From Candidatus Fimisoma avicola (GTDB taxonomy: Bacteria; Bacillota; Clostridia; Peptostreptococcales; Anaerovoracaceae), in the NCBI GenBank assembly GCA_018714945.1, contig DVMO01000006.1, positions 945 through 64,944 of the forward strand: 64,000 nucleotides of DNA, given 5' to 3'. Within the stretch, counting starts at the first letter, position 1. Every line of letters starts with the position of its first letter. Both the position numbers and the translations under genes were made by a program. The notes beneath the pieces are model-generated. The model did no database searches and had not been told where the DNA came from. It saw only the letters and a program-made list of their open reading frames with translations. This document shows, piece after piece, positions 37,742-46,031 of this stretch.

Positions 37742-38512
37742 TTAGTCTCTCAAAAATCCTGTCAGAGGGTCTGATGATGAAGCGCCTCTGGTCAGTACCC
37801 GGCCCAGACCGGAAAGATATGCCTTGCGGCCTGCTTCTATGGCCTGGCGGAAGGCTGCGGCCATCAGGGGCAGGTCGCCGGCGGTGGCAAGGGCCGTATT
37901 GGCCATGATGGCGGCAGCCCCCATCTCCATGGCTTCGCAGGCCTGGGAAGGCCTGCCGATGCCTGCGTCTACGATGACAGGAAGGTCTATTTCGTCTATG
38001 AGTATCTGGATGAATTCCTTGGTTGCAAGGCCTTTGTTGGAACCGATAGGGGCGCCCAGAGGCATGATGGCGGCGGCTCCCGCCGAAGCCATATCTCTTG
38101 CGGCGTTCAGGTCAGGATACATGTATGGCATTACCACAAAGCCTTCTTTGGCAAGGATCTCTGTGGCTTTGATGGTCTCCTGGTTGTCAGGGAGCAGATA
38201 CTTGGTATCTCTCATGATCTCGATCTTCACAAAATCACCGCATCCCAGCTCCCGTGCCAGACGGGCTATGCGAACGGCTTCCTGGGCGTTTCTGGCGCCG
38301 CTGGTATTGGGCAGCAGGGTGACGCCCTCAGGTATGTAATCCAGGATGTTTTCGTGATCGGTAGTGTTGGCGCGGCGCACTGCCAGAGTGATTATCTGTG
38401 CTCCGGCGTCTCTGACAGCTGCTTCGATCAGCTTGAGCGAGTATTTTCCTGATCCGAGGATAAAGCGGGAGTCGAAACTGTGTCCGCCGATCATTAGTTT
38501 ATCATTGTTCAT
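37742..38512 (-). CDS. thiG: Thiazole synthase
   Basis: L.IGG..F.SR...GSGKY, VKIE, LPD, VMPLG.PIGSN.G and VDAGIG.PS motifs. Start at 38512 ([10 protein letters not shown]); the Arg-rich ORF extension to 38728 overlaps thiF and is not credible. Confidence 0.93.
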   Translation of the reverse strand: MNNDKLMIGGHSFDSRFILGSGKYSLKLIEAAVRDAGAQIITLAVRRANTTDHENILDYIPEGVTLLPNTSGARNAQEAVRIARLARELGCGDFVKIEIMRDTKYLLPDNQETIKATEILAKEGFVVMPYMYPDLNAARDMASAGAAAIMPLGAPIGSNKGLATKEFIQILIDEIDLPVIVDAGIGRPSQACEAMEMGAAAIMANTALATAGDLPLMAAAFRQAIEAGRKAYLSGLGRVLTRGASSSDPLTGFLRD

Positions 38513-38604
38513 ATTGTTACCTTCTTTCTGATAGTTTTTCAAAATCCTGATATGCGTCCTTGCGGTGTGCGGTATATGTGACCGGGCATCGAGGGGCCGG
38601 AAGC

Positions 38605-39294
38605 TCACGGCTCTTTGAAACCTGCCAGCAACCGCAGGACCATGTGGGCCTGGTGGGCGGCGCACAGAGCAACCCGTGCAGAAAGGAGACCGGGTTTTTC
38701 TGCGGAATCGCTTACGCCGTCGCCGCATAGATAAAACCGCTCTGAAATACGCCGGGTTTTTATGTCATTGGCGCTGGCTATACCGGCCATGCCGGAAGCT
38801 GCTACCAGATAAGCGGAAGGCAGTCTTTCCAGTACGGTATTTGCCAGCATCGCCTTTTGGGCAGGGTCGTCAAAGGCCTCGCATATTATATCCGCCTGTT
38901 CCAGCAGCAGAGCGGCATTTTCGGCGGTGAGCCGCAGATCATGGGCGGTCAGGCTTACATATGGATTGATCTCCCTGAGATTGGCAGACAGGGCTTCTGT
39001 CTTATCCATGCCTATCTGATCTGCCTTGTACTGCTGACGGTTCAGATTGGTCATATCCACTTTGTCGAAGTCGATGAGGATCAGCCGCCCCACTCCGGCC
39101 CTTACCAGAGAAACAGCAATGTTGGAGCCGAGGCCACCAAGGCCGCATATGGCCACGACAGCCCGGCTGAAAGCTCCTGCAAGCCTGTCGCCGCACCTGT
39201 CGGCCAGGGCCCTGTTCATTTCTTTTTCTGAGGGTATGGAACCTGATTCACAGGCACAAGGCCTGCTGCCTGATGTCACTTGGTTTTCTGCCAT
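38605..39294 (-). CDS. thiF: ThiS adenylyltransferase
   Basis: [25 protein letters not shown]...NLNRQ motif. The start at 39294 lies immediately downstream of the thiS stop (39296-39298). Confidence 0.85.
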   Translation of the reverse strand: MAENQVTSGSRPCACESGSIPSEKEMNRALADRCGDRLAGAFSRAVVAICGLGGLGSNIAVSLVRAGVGRLILIDFDKVDMTNLNRQQYKADQIGMDKTEALSANLREINPYVSLTAHDLRLTAENAALLLEQADIICEAFDDPAQKAMLANTVLERLPSAYLVAASGMAGIASANDIKTRRISERFYLCGDGVSDSAEKPGLLSARVALCAAHQAHMVLRLLAGFKEP

Positions 39295-39295
39295 A

Positions 39296-39490
39296 TCATC
39301 CGCCTCCCACAAAGCTGACGACTTCGACAACATCTCCGTCGCAGAAGAGCTTTTCATCATAAGCGGACTTTGGAACGATTTCTCCGTTGATCTCTACCGC
39401 TATACGGGCAGGATCGTATCCGGCATCGTCCAGGTAGCGGGCAAGGGGCATACCGTCCATATCCTGCATGTTTCCGTTGATCTTTACCAT
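39296..39490 (-). CDS. thiS: Sulfur carrier protein ThiS
   Basis: 64 aa ending in VSFVGGG. Confidence 0.9.
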   Translation of the reverse strand: MVKINGNMQDMDGMPLARYLDDAGYDPARIAVEINGEIVPKSAYDEKLFCDGDVVEVVSFVGGG

Positions 39491-39547
39491 CAGTTCACCT
39501 CACAAAAAATCAAAAGGAATTACCGATCTGGCAATTCCCCGATGAAG

Positions 39548-39668
39548 AATCTTATAAGTTTGCGCCTTCTGACCGGCGCAGTCATATCCCTCCGTTGGCA
39601 TTATCCAAATCAGGTAACCGGTCGGAGGTCACACCTCCCTCTCAGCCTGTAACACAAGCTCCCGTTTG
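39548..39668 (-). promoter_or_regulatory. TPP (THI-box) riboswitch controlling the thiS-thiN operon
   Basis: Minus strand reads ...ACAGGCTGAGAGGGAGGTGTGACCTCCGACCGGTTACCTGATTTGGATAATGCCAACGGAGGGATATGA... It contains the conserved CTGAGA and ACCTGAT.TGGATAATGCCA.CG.AGGGA cores. A TATAAT box lies just upstream (39684-39689, minus strand). Confidence 0.9.
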
Positions 39669-39799
39669 TCAAAAGATAGATATATTATACACCTTTGGAA
39701 CAGATAAGTTAAGTGCTTTTTTGCGGAAAAAGAGCCGGAAGGACGGCAGGAAAGGAATAAAGTATGGAAGGAAAGGAACACAGAGCAGCCTGATCCATC

Positions 39800-39837
39800 T
39801 AAAAAGGCACATGACAGATAAGTCCTGCCATGTGCCT
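39800..39837 (-). terminator. Rho-independent terminator of the lipoprotein gene
   Basis: AGGCACATG-(15 nt)-CATGTGCCT followed on the minus strand by T5. Confidence 0.65.
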
Positions 39838-39880
39838 GTTGCTGCCGTCTTATGTAAATAGACTGTGCCGGTATGACGGT

Positions 39881-40420
39881 TTAGGATAAGCTGCTTGCGC
39901 TGTTGGCAAAATCGAGCATTCCGCCGGTCAGGGCATTGGACAGCTCGTCGCTTTCCTGAACAACCCAGGCTTCGCCATCGTTTACGAGAGTAACGGTAAC
40001 GGTGGACTCGTAAGTCTTTTCGGCTGAATCCAGAGCGTCCATAAGGAGCTGGTCAAGGGTGTCCATCATGGTTTCTTCCGTCATGGTCGGATCTGCAAGA
40101 GCCTCTCCCATGAAAGAGATGAGCAGGTTGCTGAACATTTCTCCAAACGGATAAGTGGTGATGGTGGCTTCAACGGTTGCAGTGTCTCCGTCGATGGTTT
40201 CTTCGCCCAGCTCGTAATCAAATTCCAGAACCTTATCGACAAGAGCTTCGGTGGCTTCCTCTCCGAATCCGTCGCTGCCCATATCGCCGATGATCTCGTC
40301 AGGACTTGACTTGGCATTTTCCAGATCAGCCTTGAGTGCGTCTGTAGGAGAAGGTGAGCTGCAAGCAGCAAAAGTGAAGCACATGATTAAAGCCAGCAAT
40401 GCTACTGCGATTTTTTTCAT
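39881..40420 (-). CDS. Acidic secreted lipoprotein of unknown function
   Basis: MKKIAVALLALIMCFTFAACSS lipobox; 179 aa, Asp/Glu-rich. Confidence 0.7.
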   Translation of the reverse strand: MKKIAVALLALIMCFTFAACSSPSPTDALKADLENAKSSPDEIIGDMGSDGFGEEATEALVDKVLEFDYELGEETIDGDTATVEATITTYPFGEMFSNLLISFMGEALADPTMTEETMMDTLDQLLMDALDSAEKTYESTVTVTLVNDGEAWVVQESDELSNALTGGMLDFANSASSLS

Positions 40421-40558
40421 TTTTAGTGTCCTCCCAAATATACTTATAATATGCTTACACTATATTTGTACTATATTTTCGGGTAAAAATCAAGGAAAAG
40501 CTACGATTTAATTTAATGCTTTACCAAAGTGAGGTATAGGACAGGAGGAGAGGATTCA

Positions 40559-41830
40559 ATGGCAAAAATAGTCATCATAGGCGGAGGGTGGTCAGGGATC
40601 GCCGCTGCCGTACGAGCGAGAAAACAGGGGGCAGATGTGACGGTGGCAGAAAAGACCGACCTGCTTCTTGGCCTTGGAAATGTAGGCGGGATCATGCGCA
40701 ATAACGGGAGATATACGGCTGCAGAGGAAAACATAGCTCTTGGGGCAGGCGAGCTTTTTGAGATCACCGACAAATTGTCCCTGCACAAGGATGTGGATTT
40801 TCCGGGACACGATCATGCCAGCTTTTATGATGTGCTCATGGTGGAACCTGAAGTAAGGCGCCTTCTGAAAAAACTGGGCATAGAAATACGCCTCAAGACC
40901 AGGATAACAGATGTGGAAACCGACGGGGATGTGATAACCGGTGTGGTTTCCGGGGATGGAGAAAAGATCAGAGCAGATGTGTTCATAGAGACAACGGGAT
41001 CGACCGGCCCCATGGGAAATTGCATGCGCCATGGTAACGGCTGCTCGATGTGTATACTCAGATGCCCGGCTTTCGGGCCGAGGGTCAGCATGACCGAAAG
41101 GGCGGGCCTTGATGATATGGCTGCCTGCCGGCCTGACGGCATAAAGGGAGCGTTCAGCGGTTCATGCAAGATCGAAAAACGGAGCCTTTCCAGAAAACTT
41201 CAGAAAAAACTGGATAAAGATGGTTTTGCTGTGGTACCGCTGCCTGAACGGCTCATCAACAGAGAAAAACTTTCCAGAAAGGTATGCCAGCAATATGCGC
41301 TGGATCCTTTTGCAGAAAATATTATCCTGATCGATACGGGATATGCGAAGCTTATGAGCCCTTATTTTGACCTTGAAGAACTAAGGCAGGTGGAAGGTTT
41401 TGAAAATGCCAGATTTGCAGATCCTTATGCAGGCGGCAAAGGCAATTCCGTGAGGTATATGTCTGTGGGGGTCAGAGACGGGTATATGAGGGCATGCGGA
41501 CTTTCAAACCTGCTGCTTGGCGGAGAAAAGTCAGGCTTTTTTGTCGGTCATACGGAAGCCATATCCACAGGTTCACTGGCGGGGTACAACGGCGCCATGA
41601 TGGCCGCCGGAAAACCCATGCTGAAGCTGCCCCGCTCACTGGCGATAGGCGAACTGCTTGCGTTTGCCAATGAGGCCCTTGCCCGTGAGGACGGCCTTTC
41701 CAGAAGGTTTACCTTCGCCGGCGGAGAGTTCTTTGAAAGGATGAAGGAACTGGGCCTTTACAGGATGGAGCCCAAGGAAGTCAGAAAAGCGGTGGAGGCG
41801 GAGGATCTGATGGATATTTACAATAAGTGA
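40559..41830 (+). CDS. FAD-dependent oxidoreductase (GidA/TrmFO-like fold, Cys cluster)
   Basis: KIVIIGGGWSGIAAA dinucleotide-binding motif and a CSMCILRCPAFG Cys motif. Start at 40559. Confidence 0.65.
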   Translation: MAKIVIIGGGWSGIAAAVRARKQGADVTVAEKTDLLLGLGNVGGIMRNNGRYTAAEENIALGAGELFEITDKLSLHKDVDFPGHDHASFYDVLMVEPEVRRLLKKLGIEIRLKTRITDVETDGDVITGVVSGDGEKIRADVFIETTGSTGPMGNCMRHGNGCSMCILRCPAFGPRVSMTERAGLDDMAACRPDGIKGAFSGSCKIEKRSLSRKLQKKLDKDGFAVVPLPERLINREKLSRKVCQQYALDPFAENIILIDTGYAKLMSPYFDLEELRQVEGFENARFADPYAGGKGNSVRYMSVGVRDGYMRACGLSNLLLGGEKSGFFVGHTEAISTGSLAGYNGAMMAAGKPMLKLPRSLAIGELLAFANEALAREDGLSRRFTFAGGEFFERMKELGLYRMEPKEVRKAVEAEDLMDIYNK

Positions 41831-41876
41831 TCTTTTATGATAAAATATCCTGACGACAAAAGAAAAGGGAACTGAT

Positions 41877-42581
41877 ATGAGGATAAACAAATATATAGCT
41901 CAGGCCGGGATCGCAAGCAGACGAAAGGCTGATGAGCTGATACGCAACGGTAATGTAAAGGTTAACGGCGCAGTGCTGAAAGAACCGGGCTATGATGTGG
42001 AGGAAACAGATAAGGTACAGGTCAACGGACGCCTTGTGGGAGCGCCCCAGAAGTTTGTATATTTTCTCGTAAACAAACCGACGGGAATGGTTACTACCGT
42101 GGACGATGACAGAGACAGGCCGACGGTAATGGACATCATCACAGACACTGACGCCAGGCTGTTTCCGGTAGGCAGACTGGATTACAACACATCAGGGGCG
42201 CTGATAATGACCAACGACGGTGATCTGGCCTATCGTGTGTCACACCCAAGGCACGAGCTGGGCAAAACATACAGAGCTCTGGTCAAAGGCGTTATTTCCG
42301 GGGAAAAGCTTGCAAAACTGCGCAAGGGAGTGGACATAGGGGGATTTGTCACATCTCCTGCAAAAGTGAACATAGTGAAGGGGAGCGCCGGGTCTACGCT
42401 TGTGGAGATAACCATACACGAGGGGAAAAACCGCCAGGTGCGCAAAATGTTTGCGGCTGTCGGCAATCCGGTGCAGACCCTTGAGCGTATCGCGATAGGG
42501 CCGATACGCATAGGACATCTGAAAGAGGGCCATTACCGGAAGCTGACAAGAGAAGAGATAGAGTACCTGAAAAACTGCTGA
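41877..42581 (+). CDS. rluB: RluB/RsuA-family 23S/16S rRNA pseudouridine synthase
   Basis: N-terminal S4 domain (MRINKYIAQAGIASRRKADELI..G.V.VNG) and catalytic GRLDYNTSGAL motif. Confidence 0.85.
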   Translation: MRINKYIAQAGIASRRKADELIRNGNVKVNGAVLKEPGYDVEETDKVQVNGRLVGAPQKFVYFLVNKPTGMVTTVDDDRDRPTVMDIITDTDARLFPVGRLDYNTSGALIMTNDGDLAYRVSHPRHELGKTYRALVKGVISGEKLAKLRKGVDIGGFVTSPAKVNIVKGSAGSTLVEITIHEGKNRQVRKMFAAVGNPVQTLERIAIGPIRIGHLKEGHYRKLTREEIEYLKNC

Positions 42582-42703
42582 CGGCGGGCGGAGTGCCGCC
42601 GTGCCGGCAGCGCTGCATGTTCTCGTATGTCGCTTGTTCTGCGTACCGCCGCCGTACGGCATCAACCTCGGCCCCGTACGGTGGGATATATAGTAGAAAA
42701 TTA

Positions 42704-42928
42704 ATGTTGGCTATCCGCTCCGCAAAATGAGGAAAAGCCAACATTTTTAGATTCTATGCCAGATTTGCCCTGTCGAAATTTGTCGATGTTGGCTTTTTGT
42801 TCAGGTCAATGAAAAAAGGCAACGGTTTTTCAAAAAACTGTTACCTGAAAAATGCAAACCTGAGCAAAAAGCCAACATGAGGCCATATTTTAGGTCTGAA
42901 CAGCATATTTTCATGGCAGATGTTGGCT
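42704..42928. repeat. Array of five alternating-orientation copies of ATGTTGGCT(TTTT) forming nested hairpins in a 620-bp non-coding region
   Basis: ATGTTGGCT at 42704, 42786 and 42920. AGCCAACAT at 42736 and 42870. The 42786-42806 and 42858-42878 copies are a 21-bp inverted repeat with one mismatch, enclosing a second imperfect palindrome AGGCAACGGTTTTTCAAAAAACTGTTACCT. Confidence 0.8.
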
Positions 42929-43025
42929 TTTTTATCCGCAGGAAAAAGTTTAGCCATCATCCAGTAGGGCAGGGCGCAGTGTCAAAAATATATAATATCG
43001 CCGGTCTGCACCAGTCTTAAATGCA

Positions 43026-43066
43026 GAAAAAAATAACTGCGGGGCGCTGTTACAGCGCCCCGCAGT
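43026..43066 (-). terminator. Strong rho-independent terminator downstream of kal
   Basis: 13-bp stem CTGCGGGGCGCTG / CAGCGCCCCGCAG followed on the minus strand by TTATTTTTTT. Confidence 0.85.
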
Positions 43067-43200
43067 CATTTTAAAGATGTATTAGTAATTACCTTGTACT
43101 CTGTTTCGGTCATCAGACCATGCACTGCGGTCCTGACCTGACCCCGCAGCGGCTTGCCGGTCGCCGGACCGTGCCGGGCCGCAGGCGTGAAACGGCCATG

Positions 43201-43593
43201 TTATTTTCTCTTGCAGTCTTTTGGAGTCACACAGGTTCCTGTTGCTCTTGCAACTACGATAGGCTCTTCAAGGAAGTCAGCTGCGGAAGGGCTGATGTCA
43301 GGTCTTGCAGCAACAACTTTTCTTGCTTCAAACTTCATCTTTCTTGAAGTGTTTCCTACGCTGGTGATCTCGCCGTAAGCTTCGATATAGTCGCCTGCAT
43401 ATGTAGGAGCAAGGAATTCTACATTATCATAAGCGCAGAACAGGCCTTCATCTCCGTCCATCTTGATAAGAAGTTCAGTGGCAACATCGCCGAACAGGTG
43501 TACCATATGAGCTCCGTCAACCAGATTTCCGCCGTAATGAGCGTCCTTTGCGGACATTCTGAGTCTTAAAGTTGAAGTGATTTTTTCTGCCAT
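43201..43593 (-). CDS. kal: 3-aminobutyryl-CoA ammonia-lyase (hot-dog fold)
   Basis: 130 aa. Size and sequence pattern ([21 protein letters not shown] ... GDYIEA.GEI..VGNTSRK) fit Kal of the lysine fermentation pathway. Its position in the kam/kdd locus supports the call. Confidence 0.8.
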   Translation of the reverse strand: MAEKITSTLRLRMSAKDAHYGGNLVDGAHMVHLFGDVATELLIKMDGDEGLFCAYDNVEFLAPTYAGDYIEAYGEITSVGNTSRKMKFEARKVVAARPDISPSAADFLEEPIVVARATGTCVTPKDCKRK

Positions 43594-43662
43594 TTTAATC
43601 GTCTCCTTTTTCTTTAAAAATGTAAACTAAATTGTTCCTTAGATATTCCGGAATAAATGTAT

Positions 43663-43678
43663 TGCAAAATGCGTGCCA
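43663..43678 (-). promoter_or_regulatory. Sigma-54 (-24/-12) promoter of kal
   Basis: Minus strand reads TTGGCACGCATTTTGCAAT: TGGCAC-N5-TTGCA with exactly 10 nt between GG and GC, about 70 nt upstream of the kal ATG. Confidence 0.85.
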
Positions 43679-43748
43679 ATGGTTTAAGATTGAAATTACC
43701 ATACAAGTGAACCGAAATGGGTTCGCAACAGCAAGGAGTGAACACAAA

Positions 43749-45800
43749 ATGTCTATGCCATATGGTATCAATCGTGTGCTGGAACCAAAGCATGTGCTGC
43801 CAACATCAGCATGGAAGCTGGACAATAACCGCAGCATTTATTCCGATGAACTAAAGGTCTCAATACAAAGGATACACCTTGAGGGCACCGGATTCAAGCA
43901 GATTTGTACAGAATCCAACGACGATGAGAAAAAAATCAAGCAGGCCATAATAGATATCGTGATCCGCCGCGGCAAACTCCATAATCCTGTCACAGATACA
44001 GGCGGTCTTGTGATGGGAACGGTTGAAGAGATCGGCCAGGATTACGATAACAGATCGGGACTTAAAATAGGAGACGCAGTTATCTGCAATGCTTCGGCCG
44101 CATCAATCCCCATGTATATAGAGAATATAACATCTGTCAACAGGGTGTTTAACCAGGTAGAGGCAAACGGATATGCCATAGTGCACAGCCTCATACCTTT
44201 AGTCAAAGTGCCTGAGGACATACCCCTTGACCTGCTGATGTTCGTGTTTGACCAGTCAGGTACCTTGTACAGGCTCAACGAACTTGTGGGAAACAAGGAA
44301 AGGTTCCTGGTTGTCGGAAACAGCATGCTGACCAATCTGATATACGGTTATGTCATAAGGCAGAAGGCCGGAGAAGCCGGACAGATAACATGCCTGCTGG
44401 ACAAAAAAAGCAATACCAGGTTTACAGGGTGCGGTATAGACCGTCTGATAAGCCAGGTGTTTGACGAAGTGAGCTTTCTTGACATACTGAGACCGATGGA
44501 ATGCATGCGGCAGCTTGACGCCGAATCATATTACGATCTTTCCATAAACTGTGCAGAAATACCGGGAGCAGAGACTATCAACATCCTTGCCACCAAACCG
44601 GGAGGCACCGTCATGTTCGCCAATCTCATCAACAACCTGAACATAGCCCTCTACATTACGGAATCCATTTCAAAAAATCTTGAAGTCAGGGGCGCAGAGG
44701 GATATCTTGAGAAATATGATCAGTTTGATATGGGTATCGTAAGAGACATGGCTCCTTATATGGAAGATCTGACCATAGCCCAGACCAAGCCCCGTGAACC
44801 GGAGACAGAGCCTCCTTATAACAGGGCTCTGATGGAAAAGACCCTGGCTGAGGATTTTGTCTGCCGCAGCAAGGCCATGTGGAAAGTGCTGGAAGATATG
44901 ACAAAGGTATCGCGGTATGACTGTAATGTCATCATCTTCGGAGATACGGGCGTGGGAAAGGAAAAGGCGGCCAATATCATCCAGAAAAACAGCGCGCGGA
45001 AGATGCAGCCTTTTGTCAAGATCAACTGCGGTGCAATTTCTCCCACGCTGATAGAATCGGAATTTTTCGGATACGAAAAAGGAGCCTTTACAGGGGCCAA
45101 TGCTTCAGGGAAAAAAGGGTACTTTGAAATAGCCAACAATGGCGTCATCTTTCTGGACGAAATAGGCGAACTGCCGCTGGAAATGCAGGCCAAACTTTTA
45201 AGGGTCATCCAGGACGGCGAGTTTTACCGGGTAGGCGGGACGACACCCATCAAGACCAATGTCAGGATCATTTCCGCCACTAACCGTGATCTGGAAAAGT
45301 ATGTGGAGGAAGGAAAATTCCGAAGAGATCTGTATTACAGGCTCAATGTGGTACCCATCCGCATTCCCAGCTTAGCCGAGAGGACAGACGATATACCGGC
45401 TCTGATAAGCCATTTCCTGACCAAATACGGAGAAAAGTTCGGACTGAAACGGGGGATAACCGACAGCGCCGTGGAATATCTCCAGCAGCAGCAGTGGCCG
45501 GGAAACATACGGGAACTGGAAAACACCATACAGAGGCTTATGATAGCTGCTGCCGGAGAGGATATAACATTGATGGATGTCATGCGGGAAAGCCATGCGG
45601 ATCTTTTCGGCGGTGCAGTTCAAGATGAAGGAGAAGTTTTCGACCGGGAAGAAATAGATCTGCAGGCAGCCGTAGACGAGTATGAGAAAGGGCTGATAAA
45701 GTATGCATGCGATAAATACGGGTCAACCCGGAAAGCCGCAAAGGCCATAGGGATAAGCCAGACGCAGCTGGTACGCAAAAAGAAAAAGTATCAGATATAG
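43749..45800 (+). CDS. Sigma-54-dependent transcriptional activator with an N-terminal Kdd-like (3,5-diaminohexanoate dehydrogenase-like) sensor domain
   Basis: Residues ~1-340 align along their length with the two Kdd proteins downstream. The central AAA+ domain has GDTGVGKE (Walker A), GAFTGA, VIFLDEIGELP (Walker B) and WPGNIRELEN. The C-terminal Fis-type HTH is STRKAAKAIGISQTQLVRK. Start at 43749 behind AAGGAG. Confidence 0.9.
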   Translation: MSMPYGINRVLEPKHVLPTSAWKLDNNRSIYSDELKVSIQRIHLEGTGFKQICTESNDDEKKIKQAIIDIVIRRGKLHNPVTDTGGLVMGTVEEIGQDYDNRSGLKIGDAVICNASAASIPMYIENITSVNRVFNQVEANGYAIVHSLIPLVKVPEDIPLDLLMFVFDQSGTLYRLNELVGNKERFLVVGNSMLTNLIYGYVIRQKAGEAGQITCLLDKKSNTRFTGCGIDRLISQVFDEVSFLDILRPMECMRQLDAESYYDLSINCAEIPGAETINILATKPGGTVMFANLINNLNIALYITESISKNLEVRGAEGYLEKYDQFDMGIVRDMAPYMEDLTIAQTKPREPETEPPYNRALMEKTLAEDFVCRSKAMWKVLEDMTKVSRYDCNVIIFGDTGVGKEKAANIIQKNSARKMQPFVKINCGAISPTLIESEFFGYEKGAFTGANASGKKGYFEIANNGVIFLDEIGELPLEMQAKLLRVIQDGEFYRVGGTTPIKTNVRIISATNRDLEKYVEEGKFRRDLYYRLNVVPIRIPSLAERTDDIPALISHFLTKYGEKFGLKRGITDSAVEYLQQQQWPGNIRELENTIQRLMIAAAGEDITLMDVMRESHADLFGGAVQDEGEVFDREEIDLQAAVDEYEKGLIKYACDKYGSTRKAAKAIGISQTQLVRKKKKYQI

Positions 45801-45838
45801 CAGCGATCTGTCATGGCAGAGATCTGCGGCAGCAAGCC

Positions 45839-45867
45839 ATGCGAACCGAAAAAGGTTCGCATTTTTT
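45839..45867 (+). terminator. Rho-independent terminator of the activator gene (also a candidate activator-binding palindrome)
   Basis: ATGCGAACC-GAAAAA-GGTTCGCAT followed by TTTTT. Confidence 0.7.
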
Positions 45868-46031
45868 GCGCATGAAACAAAAACGGTTCAAAATTCTTTC
45901 CCAATCTACTGCGATAAAGGCCGCAAGCGGCCGGAGCAGCCGTGGGCCAAACCCTTGAAATACAATGGAACGGGGAAAAAGAACAGGAAGTTTTGCCTTA
46001 TATCCGACAGGATCCGACAGGAAAAAACGAT

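Noticed and set aside
37742-38728. 328-aa version of the thiG ORF with an Arg-rich 72-residue N-terminal extension.
   Set aside because: The extension overlaps the 3' end of thiF, has non-protein-like composition ([12 protein letters not shown]...), and the conserved ThiG sequence starts at [10 protein letters not shown] (38512) behind an RBS.
42394-42744. 116-aa minus-strand ORF (MLAFPHFAER...), plus mini-ORFs starting ATGTTGGCT (MLAIRSAK, MLAFCSGQ, MLAFLSAGKSLAIIQ and a minus-strand MLAFCSGLHF...).
   Set aside because: The long ORF overlaps the 3' end of rluB in antisense. The mini-ORFs have no RBS and simply result from the repeated motif happening to begin with ATG. I treat them as a DNA/RNA-level repeat rather than peptides, although this is not excluded.
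42786-42806. ATGTTGGCT motifs as sigma-54 -24 elements, because they contain TTGGC.
   Set aside because: None has a GC dinucleotide 10 nt downstream of the GG, so they do not fit the -24/-12 geometry.
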